A stretch of DNA of 64,000 nt, taken from Octopus vulgaris. Lineage: Eukaryota. The first letter of the stretch is position 1, and the number at the start of each line of letters is the position of its first letter. A model generated the notes under the pieces. The model made no database searches. It saw only the letters and a list, made by a program, of their open reading frames with translations, and was not told the DNA's origin. Both the position numbers and the translations under genes were made by a program. Of the stretch, positions 38,690 to 52,736 are shown one piece after another. The stretch spans positions 35,712,001 to 35,776,000 of the forward strand of contig OX597817.1 of assembly GCA_951406725.2 (NCBI GenBank), given 5' to 3'.

Positions 38690-38940
38690 TCTTCATCATT
38701 TAACGTCCACTTTCCATGCTGGCATGTGTTGGACGGTTTGACTGAGAACTGGCAAGCCAGGATGATGCACCAGGTTCCAATCTGATCTGGCAAGGTTTTT
38801 ACAACTGGATGCCCTTCCTAATGCCAACCACTCCAAGAGTGTAGTGGGTGCTTTTTACGTGCCATTGGCACAGGAGCCACTCAGGCAACACTGGCATTGA
38901 CCATTCTTGAATTGTGCTTTTTACGTGCCACCGGCACATG
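38690..38940 (-). mobile_element. RTE-type LINE 3' UTR fragment (family C)
   Basis: (ATG)n tail, GGAAGGGCATCCAG block; related to 39452, 44650, 51253, 57510. Confidence 0.75.
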
Positions 38941-39451
38941 TTTAATATATTCTTTTCATGATGATGATGAGTAACTGTTCTGGATAGTATTTTTTTTTCT
39001 ATAATTTCAGTTTGTTTTTCCATAAAAAATTGCTTGGTTTTTCTTTTTTTCTTTTTTTTTAGAGGAATTTGGCTTTTTCAAATGCACTAGTTTCTGAGAA
39101 AAATCTCCTAGTAAATTTTTTTTATATGGCATGGTGTAAAAAGGACATTTTAAGATGATTTTGCAATTTACAATTATATTTTCAATAATACAGCCTGGAA
39201 ATACAATGCAGTTTAGAAATTCTTGACTGCATTTGTAGTAAAACTTCCCTGGAACCCCATTTAAAAGCCTTTGGGCACAAATGAACACCATTATAGTTGA
39301 CATGGAATAATACAAAAATTAACACACACAAACAACAACCATAAACATAAATACAGCATTACTGTAGACAGAGAAGCATAGTCAGTTACTGATGAAACCC
39401 CGATGAAGGTTGAAACTTGATCGGCTGATCTTTTTCTCCTTGTAGTGAGAT

Positions 39452-40012
39452 TCATCATCATCGTTTAACGTCTGTTTTCCATGCTAGCATGGGTTGGACG
39501 GTTCGACCGGGGTCTGGAAAACCAGAAGGCTGCTCCAGGCTCCAGTCTGATCTGGCAGTGTTTCTACAGCTGGATGCCCTTCCTGACGCCAACCACTCTG
39601 TGGGTGTTGTGGCTGCTCTTTACGTGCCACCGTCACGGGCCAGAGGAGGTTGGCAACTGCCATGATCGGTTGGTACTTTTTACATGCCACCGGCACAGAA
39701 GCCAGTCAAGGCAGCGCTGGCATCAGCCACGTTTGGATGGTGCTTTTTACGTGCCACTGGCACGGGTATCACAACTACAATTTCCATTTGATTTTTATTT
39801 TGATGTTGATGTACTTGACTCAATAGGTCTCCTCAAACACAGCCGGATGCCCTACGCTCCAAGGTGAGCACAGCAGGCCGTCCTGCGATCCAAGGTACTT
39901 TGAATGGGCTGGGGCTGGTTATGTGAAGCTGGTGTAGGATACAGCCATGAACTCACTTTGTTTGTCGGGTCTTTGCAGTCACAGCATATCTCGAGAGGTC
40001 TCGGTCTTTCAT
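39452..40012 (-). mobile_element. RTE-type LINE 3' end (family C) including ORF terminus
   Basis: Minus strand MKDRDLSRYAVTAKTRQTK* then a 3' UTR with internal GTGGCACGTAAAAAGCACC repeats and (ATG)n tail. Confidence 0.75.
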
Positions 40013-40647
40013 CATATGAAAAAATACAGTTGTTTACAGCTATTCAACATATTTAATTGCTTCATTAAATTATACATACTGTATTGGTTTAAATCTATCA
40101 CCTTACTCTGAGCATTACTGTTAATGTATCAGTAATTTAGTAAGTGTATGCATATATAAATCTGTACACACAAACATAAACTCACCAACGTATTTCTGCA
40201 TTTGCATGTGTATTTCTGTGTATATGGATATAATTTATTACAATGTCTAGTACTGATGTGGTTTATTTGTATACAGTGTCTTAGGTATTGAGGAGTTCTG
40301 AGATTTGTTCATTCATGGAATAACTTTGACTTTTGATCCATTCATTTTATAAAACAATGCTCAATGCAATCTACATCATCTTTACAACAAAATCAGTTTT
40401 TAATAAAGTAAAAGATGTCAGTTAGTTTGAGATTCACCTGATTGTCAACATGAAATCTCTTCTATTCCTTACTATTTGCATGGCATTTGCCAGTTGTCAT
40501 ACTCTTCATAAGAAAAAAAAAATAACATAGAAGGCACTGACTTTCTTAAATAATACAAGGTTATACAGTTTGGAAAGTAACAAATGCTACATTTCTTTAA
40601 CAGTAAATGATGTAGTCAATGCAAAACTTACATAATAAACAAATGTG

Positions 40648-41030
40648 TTGCAGAAGTGGCTGTGTGGTAAGTAGCTTGCTTACTAACCACATGGTTCCGG
40701 GTTCAGTCCCACTGCGTGGCACCTTGGGTAAGTGTCTTCTACTATAGCCTCGGGCTGACCAAAGCCTTGTGAGTGGATTTGGTAGATGGAAACTGAAAGA
40801 AGCCCATCGTATATATATGTGTCTGTTTGTGTGTCTGTGTTTGTCCCCCCAACATTACTTGACAACAGATGCTGGTGTGTTTACGTCCCCGTACCTTAGC
40901 GGTTCGGCAGAAGAGACCGATAGAATAAGTATTAGGCTTACAAAGAATAAGTCCTGGGGTTGATTTGCTTGACTAAAGGCGGTGCTCCACCATGGCCGCA
41001 GTCAAATGACTCAAACAAGTAAAAGAGTAA
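40648..41030 (+). mobile_element. SINE family A, full length
   Basis: High identity to 13500-13908. Confidence 0.9.
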
Positions 41031-44000
41031 AAAGAGAGATATCTATTTTTAATTATGAATATTTACCATAAAAACAAGGAAATTTTTATGGCCATCATTT
41101 TCGCAGTTTTCTTATAAATATTATTGCTACTAGGTAACCAAGTATATTACGCATGATGCTAGACAATTGCATGACATTGCTAATGACACAGAATATCAGT
41201 GACATTTTATAAATGTCTAATGCAAAAAACCCAGAAAGAGATTGCTTGTTGATTATTTTAATTACAACTGTTATTATCTGTTTGTAATGGATTATCATAC
41301 TTTCTGTAGATTAATTTGGATTCTAGCAGTTAATTATTTTTGTCAAAAAATAGTCAAGTTGCAGTACACTATAGATTTTCTTGTGTGGATGTGTGTGCAA
41401 ATAAGTGAGTGGGTGTATATAGAAAATTGGTATTTATTGATACTTTGACACTTATTTATGAAAATATTGGGTCAATTAATAAAACGGGCACATTGTTTTA
41501 TTGAATTCTCAATAAGACTTAAATTTATTTTAAAGATTATATTAGCTTTTATTAGTGTGGTCTGGAAGAAGGGACTCCTGCCATGTCCTTTGCAGGATCC
41601 ATGACAGTTAGAGCTTCATGTTGATGGATGTAAGGAGGGATTTCTAAATTTGATCCTATGGTAAACTTCAGAATCATCCTGGAATTCTAAGACTGTTTTG
41701 AGATAACATTTAGTAGAATGTATCCAAATAATTACGAGTTTTAAATGCATTTAAAACTACTGTCAGTACCTAAAGTCTTGGATATTGAAATGAATGGTAA
41801 AAGCTTCTGAATTGTTGATATAATGTATGAAATTGGTAAATTATTGTTTTACACACTCGATTACATGCATGTCTGCATTCAGTGATACACATAAACAAAT
41901 TTACTCAGCTATAATTTATTTATCAGTGTTTGCTTACATTCTGGTAAAACCATGGAGCAAGAAGCAGGAACCTTGTTAAGTAAAACTGAACCAGTTAGAC
42001 TCAGTCAGTTAGTTGTGAATCTCTTGTACTGAGAATATACTGTCAGGAATGTCATATCTTACCAGTTACTCTCCCCTAAGATCTAAGGTATCATTACTAA
42101 ACCAAAACGAAACTACAGGCATCTTGCACATTACAGAGGTATTGCATTCTTGAAACTTTTGTTATAACATGGAATTCTGTAACATAAAGCCTTTCCCCCC
42201 CCCCCCATTGGCTGCCATGTTGCATAAAAGTCGATGGAAAAAGTCCATGTTGCTACAAGAGTTTCAGGAATGTAATGTTTCTTCAATGTACTGTGTGACT
42301 GTATTTAAACAGAAATCCAGACGAAAATTAATACCAGCCAGATTTGATTTGGAGATTCTTCATCTTCAGTTTCAAATTGATACAAAAGAGACTGCAAAAT
42401 ATGAGAACTGAAATAAAATTTTTTTTTTTTTAGATAATTAGCAGCTCATATTTCAATTAATAATCTAATCAATTTTTCTGCTCAAATTTTTGTTTAAAAA
42501 AGCATTACAGATTTATCAGATTGAGATTTCAGGTTATAAAAAATTAAACAAACAAACAAACAAAAAAATAAAATCTTCATCTATGATATAAATAAGGAAC
42601 TAAGAATACTTAGACTCTTCCATATATATTTAAATGGACTATACTTTTGTAAGTTCACTGATGGATGTTGCCTTGACATTAAGTGTCCAGTTGCTGTCAC
42701 ATTCCCCTCTTGCAAACAAATCTGACCTTCTTCATTCCTTTTACATCTATTTTGTCCATGCTGGCATGGGATGGTCACAACAAAGAAATACACAAGTGTT
42801 CTACTTGAATAAACTATTTTCTCTGAAGTATTTAAGTTAAAGATGTAATGTAATGTTTACTTAGCATTGTTGGATATGCAGTAACTTGGTAGTTCAAATA
42901 ATGGACTCATATACCTTAGTAGTGTAGTGTGCCCCCAAAGAAACACATGTTACTCAAGGATTCCTTGATCATCCTTGCTGAAATGAGATACTACCTCTTG
43001 GTTCCTGGGTTGAAGGCTAGCTGTAAAGGAGTGTAGAAAATAACTTCATAGTCAATGTTAACACTCTCACGAAGGTGATGGTGGTGGTGGTAGCAGAATA
43101 TGTTTATTTGTAGTTATGTTTTCCCTTATGTAGGTTTCCTCATATCTACATCTTCATTTCTTCATGCCTTGAAACATCTAATACATGAAAAAAAAATGAA
43201 ATCTTTTCATCCTTCATCCATGCAATTTTTGTAGTCTCTAAAGACAGAGATTTTTGCTATTGTTGGTTTTCTTTCTAACGATGAATATAAAGATTACAAA
43301 TAATAAAGACTTGAATTTTACTAAGTCTCTTTATTTCAATATGCTTTTCAACACATGTGTACTTGTTTATATACATATATGCACATAATATAAATATACA
43401 TGTTTATGCGTGTATATTTATAATCGTACCCTAAGTCTGAAAAAAATTATTTCAGACCTTAGATGTTTTAAGAATATATTTACAACAATTCAAAGTCTTA
43501 TCTCTTAGATCTACTGTAATTGCATGTTTAAGAATTTTTTCTTCACTTCCTATTTTTGTAACATTATATGTATAATAACCCTACCATATTTTACCTGTTC
43601 TACAGGTAAGTATTCAGAGCCCAATATTCTTTCATGTTTCACCTCACAACCATTTTCTTCTCTCTTACATCACAAATATTTTCTGTTACATGATTTTCTA
43701 GTTGAAAAAAATCTGTCAATTGTGTTTTGTTTGAATTAATTTTTGCTTCTGTATTTTAAACAAAAGAAGAAAAAAAATATTTGTATTGTGTGTGGGTGTG
43801 CTGCTGGAGGCATGATGGTAAAATGCACCTAGTCTGCACTGCAGATGGTTGGTTAGTAATGGGGGCTGTAGAAGCCATACCAAAAGTAAGAATAGAAACT
43901 ACAGAGTTGGGCTTTTTTTCCTCTGTTGCCATCTATGCCAGATGATGAAAGACCACTGTGAGTAGAGAGATGTGAGGGCCAGCCAACCCATACCAGCATG

Positions 44001-44649
44001 TAAAAAGATAATTGTATATGTGGATGTGTACACATGTACATATATAAATATATATATATAATATATATATGATATAATATATAATATAATATATATATAA
44101 TATATATATATATATAATATGATTGATTGATTGATTCTAGTTTCAGCTTATGAGCTGTGGCCATGCTGGGGCACCACCATATATAATATATATATATATA
44201 TATTATATATATATATATATACACACACACATATATACACATATACATGCATATACACATGCGTGAACACACATACACACGTGTTCATCAGTATCATTTT
44301 ACATTCTTTTTCCATGATGGCACCAGTTGGATTTTTTTAACTCTGAATCACTTATTATTCAGAGTTACTGTCCTCTTCAATTTGGAGGACCATGTCTTGC
44401 TCAAATCTCTCAGTTTTGGCATTGATTTTTTGGGCTGGATGCCCTTCCTAACATCAACCACTTTCTAGAGTGTATTGGATGCATCTTGTTGCACCAGCAT
44501 CAGAGAGGTTGTCATCTCCTCAGCAACACTAAAAACTCCTTTCAAATCTATGTTGTCTCTCTGTTTAACTCGCTGAATACTTTACAGAGTGCCGGGGTGA
44601 GAGAGATAAGACAACTTAGTAACTGATCCACCACAGAGGGTGCTGTTAG

Positions 44650-44880
44650 CATCATCATCATTGTTTAATGTTCGCTTTCCATGTTAGCATGGGTTGGACG
44701 GTTTGACTGAGGTCTGGCGAACCAGATGACTGCACTAGACTCCAATCTGATCTGGCAGAGTTTCTACTGCTGGATGCCCTTCCTAATGCCAACCACTCCG
44801 AGAGTGTAGTGGGTACTTTCACATGCCACTGGCACAAGAGCCAGTCAGGCGGCACTGGCAACGGCCATGCTCAAATGGTA
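44650..44880 (-). mobile_element. Family C LINE 3' UTR fragment
   Basis: Same sequence as 38690 and 39452. Confidence 0.8.
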
Positions 44881-45462
44881 CACCCACTAAAATTTGGGGT
44901 GGGAGGAATGAAAATGCTTTATAAAAACCTAGGTTTGCACACCCTAAGCAAATTTCATTCCCTTACAGTTGTCAGATAATCATTTTAATATGTGCAATCC
45001 TCTCCAACCTGTATCAGTATGAAAAAAACAGACCTGATACTAATGATGAGAATGGTATAAAAGAAAATGTTATTATGCAAAAGAGAAACTACCAATAAAA
45101 AAGAAAAAGAAAATTAATTCAGTTGATGAAACAATATTTTTGACAGATTTCTTTTCAAGAATTAATTTTCCTTCATGTATGTGTGTTACGATTGATGTGG
45201 CTTCATGTTAGAAATATAAATTGTCTTCAACTTTAGATTGCTTTTAATCTTAATTACTCATTGCTTTAGTTTTCAGTCTCTAATGAATATAACAAATTGT
45301 TTTATTTCAGTTTCATTTTTTATTGCATTATGTTTCATAATTTACAAAGTGCATTTGTGATCATTTATATATACATATACATACTACATACATTCCTTAG
45401 TTTATTTTAGCCATCATGGCCAAACCCATGCAGTAATATCACTTTTATACATTTATATACAT

Positions 45463-45867
45463 GTAGATGTGACTGTGTGGTAAGAAGCTTGCTTACCAAC
45501 CACATGGTTCTAGGTTCAGTCCTACTGCATGGGACTTAGGGCAAGTGTCTTGTACTATAGCCTTGGGCCGACCAAAGCCTTGTGAGTAGATTTTGGTAGA
45601 TGGAAACTGAAAGAAGCCCATCGCATATATATATATATATATACATATATTATATCAAAGAAGAAAAAAAAAAAGAAAATGGAGATTGGGAAGTTAATAA
45701 TTGTTTATTATTAACAGCAAATTAATGATCTACACTTACACCTGTTTCAATTAATACTCAGTAAATATTAAGTAAATATTTTTATTCATCTGACCTGAAC
45801 AACATATCTTCAGCGGGGAAAAAAATATATCCTTGGATGTTCTATGTGTTTATGGATTCATTATATC

Positions 45868-45909
<42 letters not shown>

Positions 45910-46190
45910 AAGTTAAAGAAGTGATTTTTTAGATTCTCAAACGCAGGATAATGCTAATAAAATAGCCTGAACAGGATAAAATAATATATTTATATATATA
46001 TGTGTCTGTGTTTGTCCCCTCACCATCATTTAACGACTGATGCCAGTGTGTTTATATCCCCGTAACTTAGTGGTTCAGCAAAAGAAATAAATACTAGGCT
46101 TACAAAGAATAAGTCCTGGGGTTGATTTCTTCAACTATAACCTTTAAGGCAGTGCTCCAGCATGGCTGCAGTCAAATGACTGAAACAAAT
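45463..46190 (+). mobile_element. SINE family A split by a Penelope-like fragment inserted in its TA tract
   Basis: 5' half 45463-45625, insert ~45657-45985, 3' half 46000-46190. Confidence 0.8.
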
Positions 46191-46954
46191 TTTTTTAAAA
46201 AATTGAATATACATACATGTATGTATACATGTGTATATAATAGGTGCAGCGTGGCCAAATGCTGAAGAAGTTTGCCTCACAGCCACAAAGTCCTGGATAT
46301 GAGGAGCTGCATGGCATTGTGGGCAAATGAAATTTTATATAAGCTCAGGTGAACCCATACCTTCTGAGTGAAAGTGGTAGGTGGAACCTGTATAGAATCC
46401 CATCAGAAAGAAATGTACACATAATTCAGAGATACAGCTTTGTTACACACTGTCACATAATTTCTGTGGTTGTGGAGTACTCAACCACACTTACATGGTA
46501 ATTCACTGAGCAGAGAATTCAGTTGATCAAACAACTGTATACTCATCATCAAAACCAGTGGAGATTCACACTTACACACACAGATGTATAATATATATAT
46601 ATATAATATGTGTGTGACTATGTATGTATTTGTATCTATATGTATGTATTTGATTTGTATGTATGTATGTGTGTGTGTGTTTCTTGCATGTCACTATCTG
46701 ATTACATATGAAAGTTATTTCTATAAATGTTCTTGGTCTGTTAGATAAAAATATTAGTGTGATTGCAGTTTAGTTCTTATTATTACAATTATTGTTTACA
46801 CTTATATTTGCTATGTTTTTTTTTTTATATATATATATATACTAACATCTATTCTCTCCTTTGTATTTTTTTTTTGTGTGTGTATGCTGTAAGTTATGCA
46901 ACTGAATTATATTTTAGTCATTGAGTTATAATAAAGACTTATTGTTTTTGGCAG

Positions 46955-47074
46955 CGCTGGGTATACTGCTGATTACGTTGAAGATTATCTGTGTCCATGG
47001 CTTCCTTTACATCTTCATCATATCACTCAACCTGCTTAGCCAAGCATTCAGACTCTTGGGTGGCAAAACTGCTG
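46955..47074 (+). CDS. SLC34A2: SLC34/NaPi-II exon (TM1)
   Basis: TTTTTGGCAG|...|GTATGT, phase 1-1; LYIFIISLNLLSQAFRLLGGKTAG aligns by recall with NaPi-IIb [24 protein letters not shown]; invertebrate co-orthologue of SLC34A1-3. Confidence 0.92.
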
Positions 47075-47250
47075 GTATGTTCTCCTTACTTCACTTACCA
47101 AATATAATTAACCCTTTTTTCTCTTTTTTTTTCTTTTTTTTCTTTCAGATTTATCGCATTTTATATTAGGGCCTGTCACCTATAAGGCTTCAGATTTACA
47201 TATCCTTATTCTTGTATGTTGTTGTTGTTGTGAATTATCGAAATTGTTAG

Positions 47251-50200
47251 TGTAGTATGATGAACAAAGTGTGATTCATCAACCTCTCAGGTTCCCTTGC
47301 AGTGTCAACTCTTCAACTGGGTTACATACGAAAAGTGCCCTCCTCTCTAACCTATTGCCTGAACCTAATGGCAAATTCCCTCTCTAGCTTGTACATCCGC
47401 ATGTATACGTCTGCCACAACCACCCTGAAGTGAAGAGGCCCATGATGGTCCTACTTCTGCTCACGTGACCTCCTTCACTCTTCCTCTTCTGGTAGGGCCC
47501 TTCATCCATTGACGTCACAGACCCTTTTTACCTGGTTCACCTCCTCTCCATATGCCCCACTGACCTCAAAGATCACCTCTTCACTTCACTCCATGTTGAA
47601 ATCTGCCATCCACCTGGGTGACCGTTTCACTCACTGTAATCTCTGCAGGGATGGAGCACCGCTTGCTTCCTCTCCTCCCACTTCATCCGAAGAAATGACA
47701 ATTCTACAAATATTCAAGACATGACACGGCATCCCACAGAACCCTTAGGTGGTGATTTACTAACATCACTGCGGCTTCTTTTGTTTGAACCCTACTTTCA
47801 TTGGTGATCACTGATCCCACCCATCCAAACGAGTGCAGCCCCCATCTCAGTGCCAGAACTCCCCCTACAGCATGGCATCCAATTTAACCACATTGATGTG
47901 GTTGTAATCATCTGCTTTTCAGAGCCTAGCTGTGTCCTCCACTTCAACATCCCCAATTTCCAGGACAGCTTCTATTTCTATACTACTAGCATCACATCAT
48001 ATGGTTCCATTCTCCAATTTGGGCACACACCAGCTTCCTCTTACTGGGTTTTCTGGTCTTACCCCCCTCTTTGATCTGCTGCATTATCACCACCATCTTC
48101 TCTCCCACTTTCTCTCCCCAGCTTGCCCCATTCACTCATCTCTTGATGTAGCTGCATGGTGTTTGAAACAATTGGATAGTGATCCACCTGTCTCCCACAC
48201 ATTGAGAATAGTTCTTTCCTGTTGATGCTGGTGCCTAGTTCTGGAATCTCATTTCCTCTCCAAAATACCAACACACCTATTTTATCTCTTCATAGCTTGA
48301 GCCCCAGTGCAGCTCCTCCAACCATTGGCTCTGGTGGTTTCACAGTTCGCCTGAACTTCTTCAGGTGACCTATGTCACCTATTGGTGGCCCTTTTTTTTA
48401 CCTTGTCCACCTTTATAAAGATAGATTTAAGCTTTGGTGCAGAATTCAGCCTGAAACCCAGCCTAGTCAAATAGTATGTCTGGTCCTTATGTCTCACTAG
48501 CTGATACTTCCACAATTTCTCACTCACATGGAGTTGCAGATATGCTGACTTCAAGTTGCAACCCTCGTCATTTGTCTCCATTCTCGCAATATCTTTCCGC
48601 AGACATCAGTAACCTCGCTACATGTGTGGCACGATACAGAACCATTCAGCTCTTGAAAGTCCAGTACTGGCCTGTGCTTGCCCTTTGTTGGCTGTACCAC
48701 TGCCATTAGTGGCAGCACTCTGCTCCTCATTTACTCCTTCCATGTAATTAGGATACCTTCCTCTATTCATCTCTATATCTCTCCTTCAAAATTGCCCCTG
48801 GCATCTCCATTCAAGGTGTGCTGATAACAGCTTAGCCTATTCCTCAGTGTCAGGGTCTCTTCTTTCTAGCACCACTCAACCGTCCACCGCTGACCATTGA
48901 ACACTGCCTGAAAATCTTTATCTTCAAAGTTGTAAGCAGAACAATTCTCCCTGGGGCTCTGCCCATTCTCTTGTTGCAGTCTCATAGCGCATGATACCCT
49001 TGTGCTACCTAATGAAACAATGTCTCCCCTAACAATGACATCTCTTAGGTGTTGATCACATCCATGCCCATCACCACATAAATTCCTTCTACACATGGTC
49101 AATTACAATTACTTGCAACCTTAGTGTAGTACTCTGCATCGCCATCTCCACTTCACTGCTACCTTTATATCTAATTTCGCTGCCATCAACTGCCCTAACA
49201 CTACTTGCTCCCTTTCACATTTTAAACACTTTTGGGGTCACGAGAGATGTTGTACGACCCATATCCATGAGGGCTTTGAATGCTTTTCATCCAACCTGGA
49301 CTTCAACTATAGGCAGCAACTGTACAAGAGCTTCCACTTGCTCACGGGAAATTTTGAGAGGCAGCGACTTCCTCATGGTCATTTCCTTGGTTGCAGTTTT
49401 GAGCGATATTCCCTGTCTGCTTGCACCAGTAGTAAATGGGTTCAGATTTCGTCTCCACATGGTCTCTGGCACTTGAAACACCGGCCCGTAAATGGTCATG
49501 GCTGCTCCTCAGTGACTTTTCTCTCCTCATTCTTTGTCAATTGTTGCATGATGGCGTGGGCTTCTGTAGCTGCCATTACCACTGCATTCCACCTGGTGTT
49601 TTGCATCAACACATGGGCTTGAGCAACAAGTTCATTGACATCTTCTCACTGCCTGGCAGTTGTTGCAACCGCACTGATATGTCGTCAGGGAAACCATTTA
49701 CAAATGCCAACTGTACTACCTGCTCTAATCCCTCTCCAGTAAAACTAGGGAACATGGTCAGTTTTTGAATTTCTGCTGCATATACATCCTCCTGTTCTCC
49801 TGTCCACTTGACCTTTCCTAGCTTGGAAAACACAGCATATAATCCTTCTGTAAATGCTTCCCGTAGGCGCTGTTCAATCTTCTTTGCATCCAGTTTTTCT
49901 GTTTCATTCATTTTACGGTATAGTGCCAATGTGTTTCCCTCCAGATACAGAGCCATAAGACCTGCTACATCTTCAATGCTTTGCAGCCTGGCCATCATCT
50001 TGATCCAGGTGATAACATATCATGGAAGAGGACAAAAAAAATACACAAAGCCTGAAATAGCTTGTAGTATGAGGAAAAAAGTGTGATTCACCTATTTCTC
50101 AGGTTCTTTTGCAGCATTGACTATCCGGCTGGGTTATATCCAAAAGGTGCCCTAATCACCTAGCCCATCGCCAGAACCTAACAGCAAATTCCCTCTCTAG

Positions 50201-50354
50201 CTCATGCATCCACACATGTCCATCTGCCATGACCACCCCAAAGTGAAGAGGCCTATGCTCGTCCTACTTTGGCCCATGTGACCTCCCTCACACTTCTTTC
50301 TCTGGTAGCACCCCTCAACCATTGATGTCCCTGACCTTTTTCTCCTGGTTCACA
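47251..50354 (-). mobile_element. Old Gypsy-like LTR retrotransposon, internally deleted
   Basis: Diverged direct LTRs 47251-47540 and 50063-50354 (TG...CA), PPT-like GGAGAGGAG; minus-strand gag (49606-49998), Zn-knuckle relics, protease-like KALMDMG, RT RPVLDFQELN..LKSAYLQL..LGFRL, then probable integrase relic. Confidence 0.85.
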
Positions 50355-51252
50355 CTTTTAGAGCCAATAAAATAACTACCAGTCAAGTACTGGGTTAATG
50401 TAATCAACTTCTCTTCCCCTCAAAAAATGCTGATGGTGAAATCATCATCACCATCATTATTATTTCATTTATGCACAACTGTTGAAAAAAATTCAGAATA
50501 TTGGGCTACAAGTAACCTTAGATACCAAGAACTGTGCTAAATATCCTAGCTGTTCCTAATCATACTGTTTTCTGAAGCTGCACTAAACTAGGTTTGGCAG
50601 TGTTCTGTTAAAAAGTTAACACTGTAAAGACAGGCCCTTTCTAACGCACAGGGAGATGTAATATACAGTCTCTTAATGTCAACTGCCCAAATGAAAAACA
50701 AAATCAAAAGAGCACAGTGGACAGATTACTATACTGAAATGATATATTCATTCTATAATGCAACACTATACCCAAAACACACAGGAATTCTAAAAGAAAC
50801 ATGAAATATGGAAGGAAAATAATAAAGATATAAGGAAAAACAAAATATAATTGCGATCTTGATGAGATAAAGTGCCTGTTAGGTACTTTATTATACCCCT
50901 AACCTTAAAATACCCCTAACTATGCCCCTAACCTTAAAATTTTATGGCCTTACCACCAACATAGCTATATCACTTACAATTTTATGGCCTTGAAACAACT
51001 TTACAAGCATAAAATTCCAGTAGCCAAACCTCCCCAAGAAATGTGCTGGACCTCAAAACCATCCTGCACACCCTCTTGGTATCCGTGTATTTTTGACTTG
51101 TGGGCTTGTGTTGAAGAGTTGCTACTATGTGTAGGATGGATCTATTATGTAGATCAAACCTGCTGCCTTCTTTTGACAAGGGTGTCTAGTTTTCTTGTGG
51201 TTGGTACTATAGCAAAAGAAGTTAAGTGGTGAATGCACTAAAAATGATTTCA

Positions 51253-51720
51253 TTATCATCACCCTTTAATGTCCATTTTCCATGCTAGCATGGGTTGAAC
51301 AGTTCGATCAGAGCTGACACACTGGGGAACTGTGCCAGATTTCAGTCTGATTTGACTTGCTTTCTATGACTGGATGCCCTTCCTAATGCCAACCACTATA
51401 ATGTGTACTGTGTGCTTTTAACATGCCACCAGCATGAGCACTTTTGCATGGCAGTGGCATGACTGCTTTTTACATGGCTCTGGCACAGGACTCTTAACAG
51501 GCCAATCCTTTTCATCAGGGGATGTCGTTTTAACACTTCTGCTGTGGAGGACGAGTTTTCTTTAGTATAGTAAAGTGCCTGGTGTTTTGGTCCTTTGTCA
51601 TCGTGCCCAAAAGGTTCAGCATTCTGAGGTCATCCTTCAGTGGCTTTATCAGCAACTTGCATTATCACCTCAAGAGAGTGAGTTTGGGGAAGAGAGTTGT
51701 TTTCCAATGGGTCTTTACAA
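51253..51720 (-). mobile_element. Family C RTE-type LINE 3' end
   Basis: Minus strand LKDDLRMLNL..MTKDQ..KKTR plus family C UTR. Confidence 0.7.
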
Positions 51721-52736
51721 AGAGACAGGTAAGAGTGAGGAAATTAATATGGCTAACTGAACCCAATCAGTTTATGTGACTGTAAAGAGGAGGCAAGAAA
51801 CTGGGAGGAGATACTTTTGATGTTTTTACTATTTCAGAGAAATTTGGAATTTTTTGTGGGGATCCTTTCACTTCATGTTAATCTATATGGTTTTCCTTGT
51901 TGACATTTTATCGTTATTGTTATTGTCTTTTGTCTTTGTGAAGTCACGAAGTCTTAGGCTATTGTTATTTGTGGTTCTTTGTATAATGAGGGAAAATGTC
52001 TTGGATAGAGAGTGATGAATTTTATATGTAAAATTTGTTTAGGATCAAAGGTTTAGGTGTACCACAGTTCCATAAGTCATTTTAATGATCAGTAATCAGA
52101 AAAAAAACTCCATAATATAAAAGAGTACACATGCCCCTTTATACCCAACTATAAACGACATCAAGTTTATGCTTCACCGATTAGGTCGTAATTAAACTGA
52201 AGTATGTACCGAGTTATCTCCCGTACTTACTAATAAAAATTAAATTAATATTAATCAATGGCTTACATTGGTTTTTTTGTTTTTCTGGCCATGTAATTAG
52301 TTTTAGTGAACTTTTTTTTAAATATTCACAGTATTATATATATTAATACTAACTTAAGTATAACTAACAACCTTTCCTATCAAGATAATAGGACCAATTT
52401 CAGAACACCAAATAGTAAAAGTGATTTTCAACTCTTTCCATTAGGATTGTTGGCAGTAATTATGCAATATTGGCAAAGTTCACTTCAGTAATTGTCTATA
52501 TTGACAAAACGCCATGGGACTAATTGGAAAATAGTGATGTCTAAATCAATCAATGAACTATGCAATCATATTTAATTTACATAACACAAGCTACATTTAT
52601 ACATGTGTGTGAGTATATGTAGTGAGATGTGGTGATAGCCTGGAAAAAGGTTTTGTGGTTAGCACACTTCATCCTTTCAGTCTTCAAATTTTCACCAAAT
52701 AAATGTTTACCTTTTGATATGTCAAAGGTCAATTAA

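Noticed and set aside
41590-41665. CAG|GATCCATGACAG resembling the SLC34 DPW motif with an editable TGA
   Set aside because: Needs phase 0, no convincing donor or further similarity; probably chance
50893-50940. CCCCTAACC repeats as a third telomeric element
   Set aside because: Degenerate, irregularly spaced, no TIR/TSD found
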